Shown here in pieces: positions 19,451 through 30,494 of a DNA stretch of 64,000 nucleotides. The notes beneath the pieces are model-generated. The model searched no databases. It was not told the DNA's origin and saw nothing but the letters and a program-made list of their open reading frames with translations. Source of the DNA: an uncultured Acidobacteriota bacterium (GTDB taxonomy: Bacteria > Acidobacteriota > UBA6911); the NCBI GenBank assembly GCA_963827655.1, contig CAWHCF010000047.1:1-64000 (forward strand), in the 5' to 3' direction. Within the stretch, counting starts at the first letter, position 1. The number at the start of each line of letters is the position of its first letter. Both the position numbers and the translations under genes were made by a program.

Positions 19451-22400
19451 TAGGCATCGCAGCTATTATCCGGCTGTTATTCCCCGCGCTGCGCTCAATC
19501 CTCTTGTGAAACGGGTCGAGTGCCACAATTCCCGGCTTCTCCGATGTGCGAACTGTCAACACCTGCTTCCCGCTGCGCAGCCGATGTTTCTCGATGTACA
19601 ACGGCGTAACTCCCTCAAGCGGTTCGTCGGTCTCCGCAAACACCGCCACATCGAACCACGTATCCAGTGGCTCCTCGGTTTCTTTCCCGTGGCCATCCGC
19701 CGCGAACTGTTTCGCCGTTACTTCGATAGTCACTTCATACCCGCCATCAATCTCGCGCGCGCTGGCCGCATCCACCTGCAGATCGTAGAGCACGATCCTC
19801 TCGAACAAATCGGTAATGAGTTGCTGATATTCCGGGCCCGCCTCGGCGCGCAGCGCGTTGACCAGATCTCTGGAGGTGGGGCAGGGCGAGGTTTGAAATG
19901 AGTAGTCGTTGAGGAAATTGCGCAGGGCCTGATGGACCTTCTCCTTGCCGATGATGTCCTGCAGCGCGTACAGGGCCAGGGGCCCCTTGGCTCTGAGGTA
20001 GCCATGGTCTTTCGGTGTACATCACCGGCACTTCGGCTTCATTCTCCTCGCTCCTGCCGTTGAGGTAACCGTCCAGCATTCCTCGGGCAATGCGGTTTGC
20101 ATAGACCGGCGGGTAGTATTCCTTGAACAGCATCAGCGTGGAGTAATCCGCCATGTTTTCAGTGAGCATCCACCGTCCCTGCATCTGCGCGCCGGTGATG
20201 CGTTCGCCCCACCACATGTGCGCGAGTTCATGCATGACGCCGTAGTCAGCGTTTTCCCACTGCGCGCAGGTCGTTGACAAAGCCGATGGCTTCGGAGAAG
20301 GGCACGGTACCGGAATGGAACTTTGCCGCCCGAACGGTAGCGCGGGTACTCCAGGATGCGCAAATACGAGTACTGGTACGGCGCAAACTCGGTGGAAAAC
20401 ATTTCCAGACCGCGTTTGGCTGTCTCCATCATGGCGGCGATGTTGAAGGGGTGTTTGGGATCGTAGTAAATCTCCAGCGCCACGTCCTTCCAGCGGTCGC
20501 GGGCGACTGCGTAACGCGCGGAGCAGAACGAGAGGTTCGGCAGGATCGGCTCCTCGGCCTTGTAATGAAAATAACGCCGTCCTTCCTGCTGCCATTCTTT
20601 CTGAAGTACGCCGGGCGCCACCGCAATCTGATCGGCGCTGGTGCTGAGGACGATCTCGAACTCGGTGCGGCTGTCAACGCCGTAAGCCGATCCTGTCTGC
20701 ATACTCGGGGTCTCCCAGCTTCGGCACGCGTGGCGCGGGGGGCAGTCCGTATTTGCGGCGCACTGCGTTGTCGGTAATCCTGCGGTCGCCGTCATAACCC
20801 GGGATCGGCATCACGTCTGTGGTGTCGAGATAGGTACCGTTTGCCACGAGTTCGTTATCGGGATTGGCGGCGACGAAGCCTTCGTTCCTGCGCGTCACGT
20901 TCCAGGTCATTTTCACCGTAGCGCCCGGCGCCAGCGGCGCGTTGAGGCGGAAGAGATAGAAACCCTGTGCCTGGGTCGGATTGCGCCAGCGTGGCATTTT
21001 CCACCGCGATCTGATTGACGTGCAGCACAGGATTGAGCGACACCACAAATTCACTGATCGGCGCTTTCTTGTGGTTTCCCAGTGTCGCGCTGCCTCGCGA
21101 TTCGATCCGGCGTTCTTCGGGGAAAATATCAATCGCCATGTTGATGCTGTCGTATGACGGTGTGGGCGCGTTGTCGTAGCGCCCGTAGGCTTTTTCATAA
21201 TCGGCCTTGCGCTGCAGGCGCTCGTCGGGCGTCAGGTATTCATTGAGGATGTTGGTGTTGTAGAAGATCCAGCCGCCGATACCGATGAAGGCGATAGCGG
21301 CGAGACCTGCAGTGAGCCTGACTCCCGCCCCGAGGCGAGTGCGCGCATCCCGCAGTCTTTCACGCACGGCAGAATAATTGCCGCGCGGGTAGAGCAGATG
21401 CCCGGCAATGAGCAGCAGGACGCAGAAAGCTCCCCAGTAGGCGATCAGCGAGAACACCGGTTTCGTGAAGTGGCCGAAGCCGTTCATGTCGGAGTAGACG
21501 GCATCGGGGATGCTGAAGTTGTACAGCACATGGTCGAAGCCCATCGGTTCCAGGCTCAGCAGGGCGATGTAAACGCCCAGCGTCAACAGCATGCCCCAGC
21601 CATTTGTTCGGCGAGATCGCCTGAATGACCACGGCCAGGATGCACAGCATGCAGTAGTAAATACCGTTGTAGATGAATGCGGATTGCAGATACAGGCCCA
21701 GCTCGAAGTTGGTGTAGCCTGCCGCTGTCTGCAGCGCCATCAAGGTGAGCACTGCCACGAGCATCAGCGCGTTGACCACCAGGCACATCGCCGTGGTCTT
21801 CGAAAGGATCATGAGCCAGTCGGGGAAAGGCGACGCGTTGACAATCTCGCCAATGCCGGATGCGCGTTCGCGATGGATCAATTCGGCGGAGTACCAGAGG
21901 CCAACCAGCAGGATGTACTCCAGCATACCGAAGCGCAGAAAGGGGAGCATCTGACTCGTCAGCGGGTAGAGCGGCGTTTCGAGCAAGACGGCTGACATTG
22001 TTCTGAAACTCGCCGATCATCGACGTGATGCCGAGCGCGAGAATGATGTAGATGAGCGGGCTTTTGAAGACACAGGACAGATCCATCTTCAGTTGCGAGA
22101 CGAACTGCGCGAAGGAGGCTCGTGGGGAGAAGCTCAGTACCGGAGTGATCTTTTGAATTGCGGGTTGCGGAGTTCGTTGCGCTGTTGCGTTGCCATGCGT
22201 TCGTCGTTTGAAGCGGAACGGCGCCTGCTCCGCTAAATCCAGACGAAAGCGCCGCAGCGTCAGCAGCAGGGCCAGCAGCGCCACCGTCAGCCAGAGCAGG
22301 CGATTCTGCGGCAGCAATCCCAGCGGAATGTTTGTGTTGAGTTCGGCGACCGTCCAGTAGCGTGTCTCAGCCGCCACGGTAAGCCTCGCCGACGGATCGG

Positions 22401-23026
22401 CCAGGGCGACCCATGTGCCGGTCTCAAGCTTCGCGTAGAGATTCAGGAGAGCTTCTGCGACGAAGAAGGCAATCGCCGCGGCATAGGTCAGCGCAAAGGA
22501 GCGGGTGAGCGCCGCGACGCTGAAGAAGATGGCGCATAAGACGAGTGTGCTGGGCAGGATGACGACAAAGAAGATGTACGCCCAGGGCAGCAGCGAGAAG
22601 GGAGCAATGCGCGCCTGATCCAGCCACGGCATGAAGGTGCCGATCATCGCGCCCAGCAGTCCCGCGAGACCGATCAAAAGCGCAAGGCTCAGCGCCCCGA
22701 GAAATCTTCCCAGCACAAAATGTTTTGGGCGAGATCGGCGTGACGAACACGAGTGAGGCGGTCGCGTGTTCGAAATCGCGCGTGATCGCGGTAGTGACAA
22801 AGGCCACGATGGGCAGCATGCCGAAGATGAAGAGCGCCAGTTCGATCTGCAGGATGGCATACGCGCTGTTGATGGCGACCTGGTTGCTGAAGTTGTCGAT
22901 GTGAATGCCGGTGCCGGTGATCGCCAGAAAATGAATCAGCGCGAACATCAGCAGCGCGCCGAGAAAGAAGGGCGAGCGGAGCTGATAGCGAATCTCGAAC
23001 TGCATGACTTCCAGAAGCGCGCGCAT
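19443..23026 (-). pseudogene. ABC-2 permease fused to an M1 aminopeptidase, split by multiple frameshifts
   Basis: Consecutive ORF pieces carry FEIRYQLRSP, YSDMNGFGH, ILEYPRY, HELAHMWWG and LTENMADYS. Confidence 0.85.
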
Positions 23027-23031
23027 CCGTG

Positions 23032-23913
23032 TTACTCCAGATTGTCTTTGAGGTTGTGTGCAATCAGCGTGCTGAAGTAGACGTCTTCCAGCTCGGGGGC
23101 GGCGGGTTGCATGCCTTCGGGCTGAGTGTCGGACAGCACGCGAATCTCTGTGGAGCCTGCCTTGAGTCGCGTGGATAACACGGTGTGGCGTGCGCGAATC
23201 TCTGCGACTTCCTCGCGCTTAACCACCTGTGTCCACAACTTGCCGTTCATCTCGCGAATCATCTGCAGCGGCTCGCCCACTTTCAGAATGCGCCCGCGCC
23301 CCATGATGGCCACCTGACTGCAGAGTTCCTTCACATCATCGACGATGTGTGTGGAAAGAATCACCACCGTCTCCTCGCCGACTTCGGCAAGTATGTTCAG
23401 GAAGCGCCGCCGCTCCGCCGGATCGAGTCCCGCCGTGGGTTCATCGACAATCAGAAGCGCCGGGTTGCCCAGTAATGCCTGCGCGATACCATAGCGCTGC
23501 TTCATGCCGCCGGAAAACTTATCGATGCTCTTGTTTCGAGCGTCCCACAGATTGGTCTTGACCAGCAGATTCTCCACGATCTGCTGTTGCTGACTGCCGT
23601 GGATGCCCTTCAGGGCCGCGAGGTATTTGAGCATCGTGAGGGCGGAGGTGCGGGGGTAGGCGCCGAACTCCTGCGGCAGGTAGCCGAGTGTGCGGCGCAG
23701 TGCGGTCTTATCCTGCAGAATGTCGATGCCGTTGAACGTGATCGACCCGCAATCGGGTTGCTGCAGTGTGGCAATCGTGCGCATCAGCGACGACTTGCCG
23801 GCGCCATTGGGGCCGAGCAGCCCGAACATTCCTCTGGGCACGTCCAGATGGATATCCTGCAGCGCTTGCACCCCGCCTGGATAGGTTTTCGATATTCCGG
23901 TCAGGCTCAGCAT
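23032..23913 (-). CDS. ABC transporter ATP-binding protein
   Basis: GPNGAGKS, FSGGMKQ, VDEPTAGLD and STH. Confidence 0.95.
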   Translation of the reverse strand: MLSLTGISKTYPGGVQALQDIHLDVPRGMFGLLGPNGAGKSSLMRTIATLQQPDCGSITFNGIDILQDKTALRRTLGYLPQEFGAYPRTSALTMLKYLAALKGIHGSQQQQIVENLLVKTNLWDARNKSIDKFSGGMKQRYGIAQALLGNPALLIVDEPTAGLDPAERRRFLNILAEVGEETVVILSTHIVDDVKELCSQVAIMGRGRILKVGEPLQMIREMNGKLWTQVVKREEVAEIRARHTVLSTRLKAGSTEIRVLSDTQPEGMQPAAPELEDVYFSTLIAHNLKDNLE

Positions 23914-24406
23914 AGGTCACCGTGCGTGTGTTGTTATTGATGTTTATCCCTATGGGAAGAAAACGAAAGAATTCGCCCAGGATTAACAAATGGCCGGTCC
24001 GAATTTCGATTTAAATTTGCGCGCACTATTGAACCACCCTTGCCTGCATTACAATCACAGCGCGTCGGGTGCGCTGAAGAATCCCATTGACTCTGCTATA
24101 ATGGACGCCAGGCGAGGTCAGAGCAATCAACAATTCCAAAACCTTTCGCAATTAATGCTTTTCGCCAGGCGAGGGTTTTAACAATGAATAATCAGCTCGC
24201 CGGACGGCAATCCACACGCCGCCGCGCATCAAAGACCGAGCTTCAGGAAGACGATATCACCCCTGTTAATTCAACACACAAAACCAAAGAAGAGGCGCCC
24301 ACGACGGATTGGTTTTAGCAAAGCCATGAAGCGATTTGCGTGGGGTGGTTCCGGAAACCGCTCCTTTCACTTACTCCCTATTTCAACTCAGAGGTAAAAC
24401 GCAAAG

Positions 24407-24740
24407 ATGGAGAATAGATTTAACAATTCGGCAAAGCGGGCAAAGCTCGTGCGGAGGAGCTCCTGCGCTGGCCCTTTCACTGGGATTGGGTTTGTTCGCG
24501 CCGGTCTTCGGCGAACAAGCCACGCAGATAGGATCTTCCGAGGCGATTGATCCGACTCAGAGCGCTTCGCCCTCGGAACTTTCGCGCACGTTCGTCGGGG
24601 CGGCTAAGAGGATCAAGCCCGCCGTCGCCCACATCAAACTGGGCAATGGCGCGACCGGTTCCGGCGTGATCATCAGCCCGGACGGTTACATTCTGACCAA
24701 CAACCACGTGGCAAGCGCCGGCAATCAGATCACGGTCAAG
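24407..24740 (+). pseudogene. HtrA/DegP-like protease 5' fragment truncated at the palindromic element
   Basis: KPAVAHI..TGSGVIISPDGYILTNNHV..QITVK; homology stops exactly at 24740. Confidence 0.8.
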
Positions 24741-24814
24741 ATCAATAGGAATTTGCTTCAACATGCTGATGGGGGATAGATCCTGATGGGGTGTTGAAGC
24801 AAATTCCTATTGAT
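24741..24814. repeat. 74-bp palindromic element, copy 2
   Basis: Identical to 16684-16757, and flanked by GGTCAAG at 24734-24740 and 24817-24823. Confidence 0.92.
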
Positions 24815-24913
24815 CGGGTCAAGTGCGGTACAGGACAATGTCGCGCTAAAGTGTGATGGAATAGCCCGCAGGGAGTAGAACGAGACGCCAGCTGTCTAGC
24901 AGGAGAATCAACC

Positions 24914-25900
24914 ATGCAACTCGGCATGATCGGTTTGGGAAGAATGGGTGGCAACATGGTACGCCGTTTAATGCGCGGCGGGCATGAATGCGTCGTCTTC
25001 GACCTCAATCCAGAGAATGTCAAGCAGTTAGCCAGTGAAGGCGCGACCGGCGCGGCCTCGCTCGAAGAGTTCGTCAGTTGTCTCCGCAAGCCGCGCGCGG
25101 TATGGGTTATGGTTCCGGCAGGCGATCCGACGGAACAGACCGTGACGGCGTTAGCACGGCAGATGGAAGCAGGCGACCGTATCATTGATGGCGGTAATTC
25201 ATACTTCAAAGACGATGTGCGCCGCGCGCGGGCATTAAAAGAACGCGGCATTTATTATCTTGATGTGGGCACGTCGGGCGGCATCTGGGGAGTCGAGCGT
25301 GGTTACTGCATGATGATCGGCGGTGAAGAAGAGGTGGTGCGGCATCTCGATCCAATCTTCAAAACGCTTGCGCCCGGTCGCAGTGACATTGCGCGCACGC
25401 CGGGACGCGAGAACATGCAGAGCACAGCAGAGGACGGCTATTTTCATTGCGGCCCATCGGGAGCCGGGCATTTCGTCAAGATGGTGCATAACGGCATGGA
25501 GTACGGCTTGATGCAGGCTTATGCCGAAGGCTTCGATATTTTCCGCAACGCCAACTCGAAAGAGCTGCCGGAAGAATATCGCTACGAACTCAACGTCGCG
25601 GACATCGCGGAGGTGTGGCGGCGCGGCAGCGTCGTCGCTTCATGGCTGCTCGATCTCACGGCGATGGCACTTCTGGAAAACCCCACGCTTTCAAACTACA
25701 CCGGCACCGTGCAGGATTCAGGCGAGGGACGTTGGACGATCATCGCTGCCATTGAAGAGGCCGTACCCGTCAACGTGCTTTCGGCGGCGCTCTACACGCG
25801 CTTCCGCTCGCGGCAAGAACACAGCTTTGCGGAAAAGATTTTGTCGGCGATGCGGCACAAGTTCGGCGGCCACGTCGAACGCCCAGATCAGGAGGGTTGA
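24914..25900 (+). CDS. gnd: 6-phosphogluconate dehydrogenase, copy 2
   Basis: Differs from copy 1 by a few substitutions and the last codons. Confidence 0.95.
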   Translation: MQLGMIGLGRMGGNMVRRLMRGGHECVVFDLNPENVKQLASEGATGAASLEEFVSCLRKPRAVWVMVPAGDPTEQTVTALARQMEAGDRIIDGGNSYFKDDVRRARALKERGIYYLDVGTSGGIWGVERGYCMMIGGEEEVVRHLDPIFKTLAPGRSDIARTPGRENMQSTAEDGYFHCGPSGAGHFVKMVHNGMEYGLMQAYAEGFDIFRNANSKELPEEYRYELNVADIAEVWRRGSVVASWLLDLTAMALLENPTLSNYTGTVQDSGEGRWTIIAAIEEAVPVNVLSAALYTRFRSRQEHSFAEKILSAMRHKFGGHVERPDQEG

Positions 25901-25968
25901 TTGGCGCGCGATGGAAGGCACAGCGATCCTGACCGCGCCAGATGTGATTCGTAAGGAGGTTTGATAAT

Positions 25969-26781
25969 GTGCCATCTGTTTCGCTCATCATTTCAGATGT
26001 GGACGCGACGCTGATCACGCCGGATCACATAATCACAAAACGCGCGCGGCTCGCGATACGCGCATTACACGAACGCGGCTTTCATTTCACCATTGCGAGT
26101 TCGCGGCCACCCCGCGGCCTTGTTTCGTTTGTCGAGACGATCAACTTGAGCGAACCCTTCGCGGCCTTTAACGGCGCACTGATTCAGCGCCCCGACGGCG
26201 AGACGCTCGTCAAGCATGTACTGCCGCCTGCGGTCGGCGGTCGTGTGTTGGATATTATCGAAGACACGGGACTGGATCTCTGGGTTTATTGCGATCACGA
26301 TTGGCACGTCGGGCGTCGCACGCCCTATGTGGACCGCGAGGAGCATACGGTCGGCTTCAGTCCCATCATCGAGCGAGACCTGCGCGAAGTGCTCGGCATG
26401 GCCGCCAAGTTGGTCGTGGTCGGAGACCCCGCATTAGTCGAGCAGGTAGAACCAACGGTGCTCGAAGAAGTGGGAAGCCATGTGTCGGCGACAAAGTCCA
26501 AGCCGCGCTTTCTCGACATCACTGCTGCCGATGCGCACAAAGGAACGGTGGTCACGCAGCTCTCAAGCGTCTTGCAGATTCCGGCTGCGCGCATCGCCGT
26601 GATTGGTGACGGGCTGAATGATGTTCTTATGTTCGAGCGCGCGGGTTTCAGCATCGCGATGGGACAGGCGGACGACAAAGTGCGGCGCGCCGCAGATGTG
26701 GTGACGGCGGCGAACACCGAAGAAGGATTCGCGCGCGCCATCGAGGATTACATTCTAAGCGCTGCGCCGGAAACGGCCTGA
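25969..26781 (+). CDS. Cof-type HAD-IIB hydrolase
   Basis: SDVDATL, ASSRP, AFNGA, HKG and IGDGLNDVLM; AAGGAGGT RBS before the GTG start. Confidence 0.92.
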   Translation: MPSVSLIISDVDATLITPDHIITKRARLAIRALHERGFHFTIASSRPPRGLVSFVETINLSEPFAAFNGALIQRPDGETLVKHVLPPAVGGRVLDIIEDTGLDLWVYCDHDWHVGRRTPYVDREEHTVGFSPIIERDLREVLGMAAKLVVVGDPALVEQVEPTVLEEVGSHVSATKSKPRFLDITAADAHKGTVVTQLSSVLQIPAARIAVIGDGLNDVLMFERAGFSIAMGQADDKVRRAADVVTAANTEEGFARAIEDYILSAAPETA

Positions 26782-26805
26782 ACCGCGCGCGGGAGGGAGC
26801 GTGCA

Positions 26806-27786
26806 ATGATCCTTGCCGGTGACATCGGCGGCACGAAAACAGACCTCGCGACCTTCACGAACGAAGGCGGCAAACTTGAGGTCGTTGCCGAACAGAGGTT
26901 TGTGAGCCACGACTATGCGGGCCTCGAAGAGATCATCAAGGAATTCATCGCAGAGAACGACTACATTATAACGGATGCTTGTTTCGGCATCGCCTGTCCG
27001 GTGGTCGACGGTCGTTGCGAGACGCCTAATCTTCCGTGGGTGATAGACAGCCGCCTCCTCGCGGAAGAGTTGAGGCTGGAGCGTGTCGCGCTGCTCAACG
27101 ATCTCGAAGCCACCGCGCACGGAATCGCCGCGCTCGCGCCGGCGGATTTCGTCACTCTCAACGAAGGCGTGCCGCACGGGGACGGCAATGCGGCGTTGAT
27201 CGCGGCGGGCACAGGGTTGGGCGAAGCGATTCTCTTCCGGGACGGCGCGTTGCGCCGCGTCTCGGCTTCCGAGGGTGGTCACGCCGACTTGGCTCCGCGA
27301 AACGAGCTGGAAGTGAATCTGCTGCTCTTCCTGCTGAACGAGTTCGAACACGTCAGCTACGAGCGCGTCCTTTCTGGATCGGGCCTGCACAACATCTACA
27401 GGTTCCTTCGGGACACGGGTCGCGCGCATGAACCGGAATGGCTCGCTGAAGAGATGCGCGGGCAGGACGCCCCCGCCATCATCTCACGGGCGGCGCTCGA
27501 AGGCGGTTGCGAGCTGTGCGCGCAGGCTCTCGACCTCTTCATATCTTTCTATGGCGCGGAGGCAGGCAACCTGGCGTTAAAAGCGCTCGCGACGGGAGGG
27601 GTTTACGTGGGCGGCGGAATCGCACCGAAGATCGTTCGGAAACTCGTGAGCCAGACATTCATTGAAGCATTCACCGCAAAGGGGCGGATGAAGCAGCTCA
27701 TGGAAGCGATCCCCGTGCGCATCATCCTGAACGACAAGACCGCCCTGCTCGGGGCCGCGCGCTTCGCATCGCTTCAGGCTAACTGA
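26806..27786 (+). CDS. glk: Glucokinase
   Basis: GDIGGTK, LNDLEA, GTGLG, SEGGH and GGGIAPK. Confidence 0.95.
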   Translation: MILAGDIGGTKTDLATFTNEGGKLEVVAEQRFVSHDYAGLEEIIKEFIAENDYIITDACFGIACPVVDGRCETPNLPWVIDSRLLAEELRLERVALLNDLEATAHGIAALAPADFVTLNEGVPHGDGNAALIAAGTGLGEAILFRDGALRRVSASEGGHADLAPRNELEVNLLLFLLNEFEHVSYERVLSGSGLHNIYRFLRDTGRAHEPEWLAEEMRGQDAPAIISRAALEGGCELCAQALDLFISFYGAEAGNLALKALATGGVYVGGGIAPKIVRKLVSQTFIEAFTAKGRMKQLMEAIPVRIILNDKTALLGAARFASLQAN

Positions 27787-27861
27787 TAAAGCTCCCGCGA
27801 CTCGTCTGGAATATCTGTACCAATTCGCCTTAAACAAGCTGATTCAGGATAGGACAGTTCC

Positions 27862-28656
27862 TCAGAGGATTCGGACGGAGCTTTTCTCCAACCATCCCAC
27901 CCAGCCATTGGCCAGGCTGACATGATACCAACCCGGAGCGTCGCCGCGGATTCGAACCTTGGTTCCTTCGTGAACCGTGAAGACGGTGACGTTCTGCGCG
28001 CCAGGCCCGCTCCGAATGTCCACTCTTTGTTCGACAATTATGCCGTGCTGGAGATTGTTCGCTTCATAGATCCTCCAGCCAAGAGCACAGCCGAACATGA
28101 GGAGAAGCACTCCGCTTGCCAGGCTCGCAGCCAGGCACAGAGAACTGGTTCGAGGACTTCGAGTGATGGCGCGAATGCCTAGAAGAATATTGGCTGCGGC
28201 GAACAGAACCAGAATCACCCAGCTGTACTGATGAATCGTCAGGGCGCGAGTGGCACTGCCCAGGAACTGAAAAACGGCCGGTTGGGCGGGTTCTTCGATC
28301 CGATCGACAACCAGGAGATTTGCCAGATCAAGATTCTCCCTGACCTCCCGGTCGCTTGCCAGCCTCTGGCGAGCCTCCTCCCAAAAGTAAATCGCTTCAC
28401 CCAGCTTCCGCTGTTTGAAGCAGGCGTTTCCCAGGTTGTAGTAAACCGTCCCGCTTTCGACCCCGGCGTCCAGGAGCTGTCGATAGGCCCGCTCGGCCGC
28501 CGCAAAATCGCCCTTCTGATAGTGCGAGCTTCCTTCCGAGAAGAGAGCGAAGGCACTGGTTTCGGGGCCTTCGTGTCCCAGCGGTAACTGAATGAGAAAA
28601 AGAACCACCGCCGGGATGCATAGACAAGAAGAAACGGGAAGGAGCTTTCGAACCAA
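27862..28656 (-). CDS. batE: BatE-like TPR + SH3 protein
   Basis: YYNLGNA TPR, two TM segments, C-terminal SH3-like domain; last gene of the bat operon. Confidence 0.8.
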   Translation of the reverse strand: MVRKLLPVSSCLCIPAVVLFLIQLPLGHEGPETSAFALFSEGSSHYQKGDFAAAERAYRQLLDAGVESGTVYYNLGNACFKQRKLGEAIYFWEEARQRLASDREVRENLDLANLLVVDRIEEPAQPAVFQFLGSATRALTIHQYSWVILVLFAAANILLGIRAITRSPRTSSLCLAASLASGVLLLMFGCALGWRIYEANNLQHGIIVEQRVDIRSGPGAQNVTVFTVHEGTKVRIRGDAPGWYHVSLANGWVGWLEKSSVRIL

Positions 28657-28660
28657 AACG

Positions 28661-30487
28661 CTAGGCCTGCTCGAGGGAGTGAATGATCTTACGGATCCGG
28701 CCGGCGAGTTCGCGCATCTTCTGCGCCGAACTCGAAGGACTCACGAAACGCCCGAAGTCGCATTCCTGGAGGCAGACCATCGTTTCTCGAACTGTTTCCG
28801 GGTTGACTCGTCCTTCTCTCAGGCTACGTTCGAGATTATCACCAGTCACAGCGATCTCCGGAAGATTGAACTTGTCGGTGAGATACCCTGAAAGCGCCGC
28901 CGCAGCCTCGTCGTAAAAACGGCGCGGTTCCTGCGCAGCGATCTTTTCCGCCCTCTTCAGCCGTGCCAGAGAATTGCGCCTGGCCTTTCGGCTCCGGGCC
29001 AGCGGAAGGTTCTCGGATTCCCGCGCTCGCTCCCTGCTATAGAGCAAGGCGCCGATGTTGAAGAGCAGCGGAATTGCAGCCGCCAGATAAAACCAGAGGG
29101 ACCGGTAAATCGGCGCGGGCCTTGTTTCCAGGTCGTTCGACGAAAGCTTGATGAAGTTTATGTCCGTGCCCTGGCGCGTCAGGTTCTGCTTGCTTATTCC
29201 AGAGAGTCCAGTAATCGAACTGCCATCGTCAGATCGTCGAATCACCTTGAGGTCCAGCGGCGGGGTCGTGACCGTCTCATAGGCCTCGCGCTGCGGATCA
29301 AAATAGGAGAAAGTGAACGCAGGAACTGTCTGCGGGCCTGGGGCTTTGGGAACTATCACGTATTCCCAGCTCTTGTCGCCGCCGATAAGATTCTCTTCGA
29401 CCGCACGCACGTTGTCGCTGAGCTTCGACGAATAAATGGTGAAGTCCGGCATTTGCGGCAGCGGAAGGTCCGGAATCATCTTCAAGTTTCCTCGACCCGA
29501 AAGCTTTACCCTGAGCGCCACCGCGTCACCCACGGCGGCTTCGGTCTTGTCGAGGCTGCTGGTCAGAGTGAACGACCCCACGCCATTGGCAAAGTCGGCA
29601 GGTCGGCCACGGGCAGGAAACGGCTTCACCTCCAGTGAAACCTCGCTGGTTTTCCGGTACAGGGTCTCGGCCTGGCCGAAGAGGCCGAAGAAATCGCCTC
29701 TCTTAACCGAGACGGCGAAGGTTGACGGAGAGATCTTGAGCACGCCTACGTTGTTTGGAAAAAGAGCGTGTTTCTTCACCACGTAGTCGACATATTCTTT
29801 TCCGTTTATCACCTTCCGCGAACCGTCCGGACTGGGGTCGACCGCAAGATCTTCGACCCAGAAGCCGGTCAGGGGCGCGTTTTCTTGCAGCTGAATGCCG
29901 CCGACTCCCACCATGGTATAGAGGTGGTACGACAACGTAACTTGCTGGCCCGGATACGCGCTGCTTCGATCGAGTTCTGCCGTGACGAAAACCTCTTCTC
30001 CGAGGCGGGCTGCATGAGGAGCGCTTCTGAAGTCGTCATGGCCAAACGGATCGAGACTCCTCCGGCGAGGCGGCGCAGCGCGAGCCGAGGCGGCGGTGAT
30101 CCGGATAGAAATTGGCTGTGTTCGATAAGTCTTATTCCCTACCGGCACCTCAATAGGATCGATTGTCGCCGGACCCTCCCTTTCAGGAATGAGGGTATAG
30201 ATGAAGCTTTTTGAGCTGCTCGAGCGCCCGTTGATCCATTGGAACTGCGTGCTGATGCTGGGACTGCCCATGACCCGGAATCCCCGCAGGCGTTGGACCC
30301 GCGGATACTGGTCATCGCCGATGGATGCTCCCGAAATCTTGATGGTGAGTTGCAGGTTCTCGTTAATGGCGACCGTTTCGGAATCCACCGTCGCCGTAAC
30401 CTGCGCCTCTTGAGCCCACGCTGCCGGGAGCAGTATTAACCACAACGACGCGAAGACGCGAAGAAACACCAGGAATCGTCTCCTCAT
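28661..30487 (-). CDS. batD: BatD family protein
   Basis: Signal peptide, QWING, GNLK and FSYFDP motifs, plus operon context. Confidence 0.85.
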   Translation of the reverse strand: MRRRFLVFLRVFASLWLILLPAAWAQEAQVTATVDSETVAINENLQLTIKISGASIGDDQYPRVQRLRGFRVMGSPSISTQFQWINGRSSSSKSFIYTLIPEREGPATIDPIEVPVGNKTYRTQPISIRITAASARAAPPRRRSLDPFGHDDFRSAPHAARLGEEVFVTAELDRSSAYPGQQVTLSYHLYTMVGVGGIQLQENAPLTGFWVEDLAVDPSPDGSRKVINGKEYVDYVVKKHALFPNNVGVLKISPSTFAVSVKRGDFFGLFGQAETLYRKTSEVSLEVKPFPARGRPADFANGVGSFTLTSSLDKTEAAVGDAVALRVKLSGRGNLKMIPDLPLPQMPDFTIYSSKLSDNVRAVEENLIGGDKSWEYVIVPKAPGPQTVPAFTFSYFDPQREAYETVTTPPLDLKVIRRSDDGSSITGLSGISKQNLTRQGTDINFIKLSSNDLETRPAPIYRSLWFYLAAAIPLLFNIGALLYSRERARESENLPLARSRKARRNSLARLKRAEKIAAQEPRRFYDEAAAALSGYLTDKFNLPEIAVTGDNLERSLREGRVNPETVRETMVCLQECDFGRFVSPSSSAQKMRELAGRIRKIIHSLEQA

Positions 30488-30494
30488 AGTGACG

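Noticed and set aside
24100-24330. CGCCAGGCGAGG direct repeat and a 46-aa ORF
   Set aside because: Only two 12-bp copies in an error-prone segment, with no supporting context.
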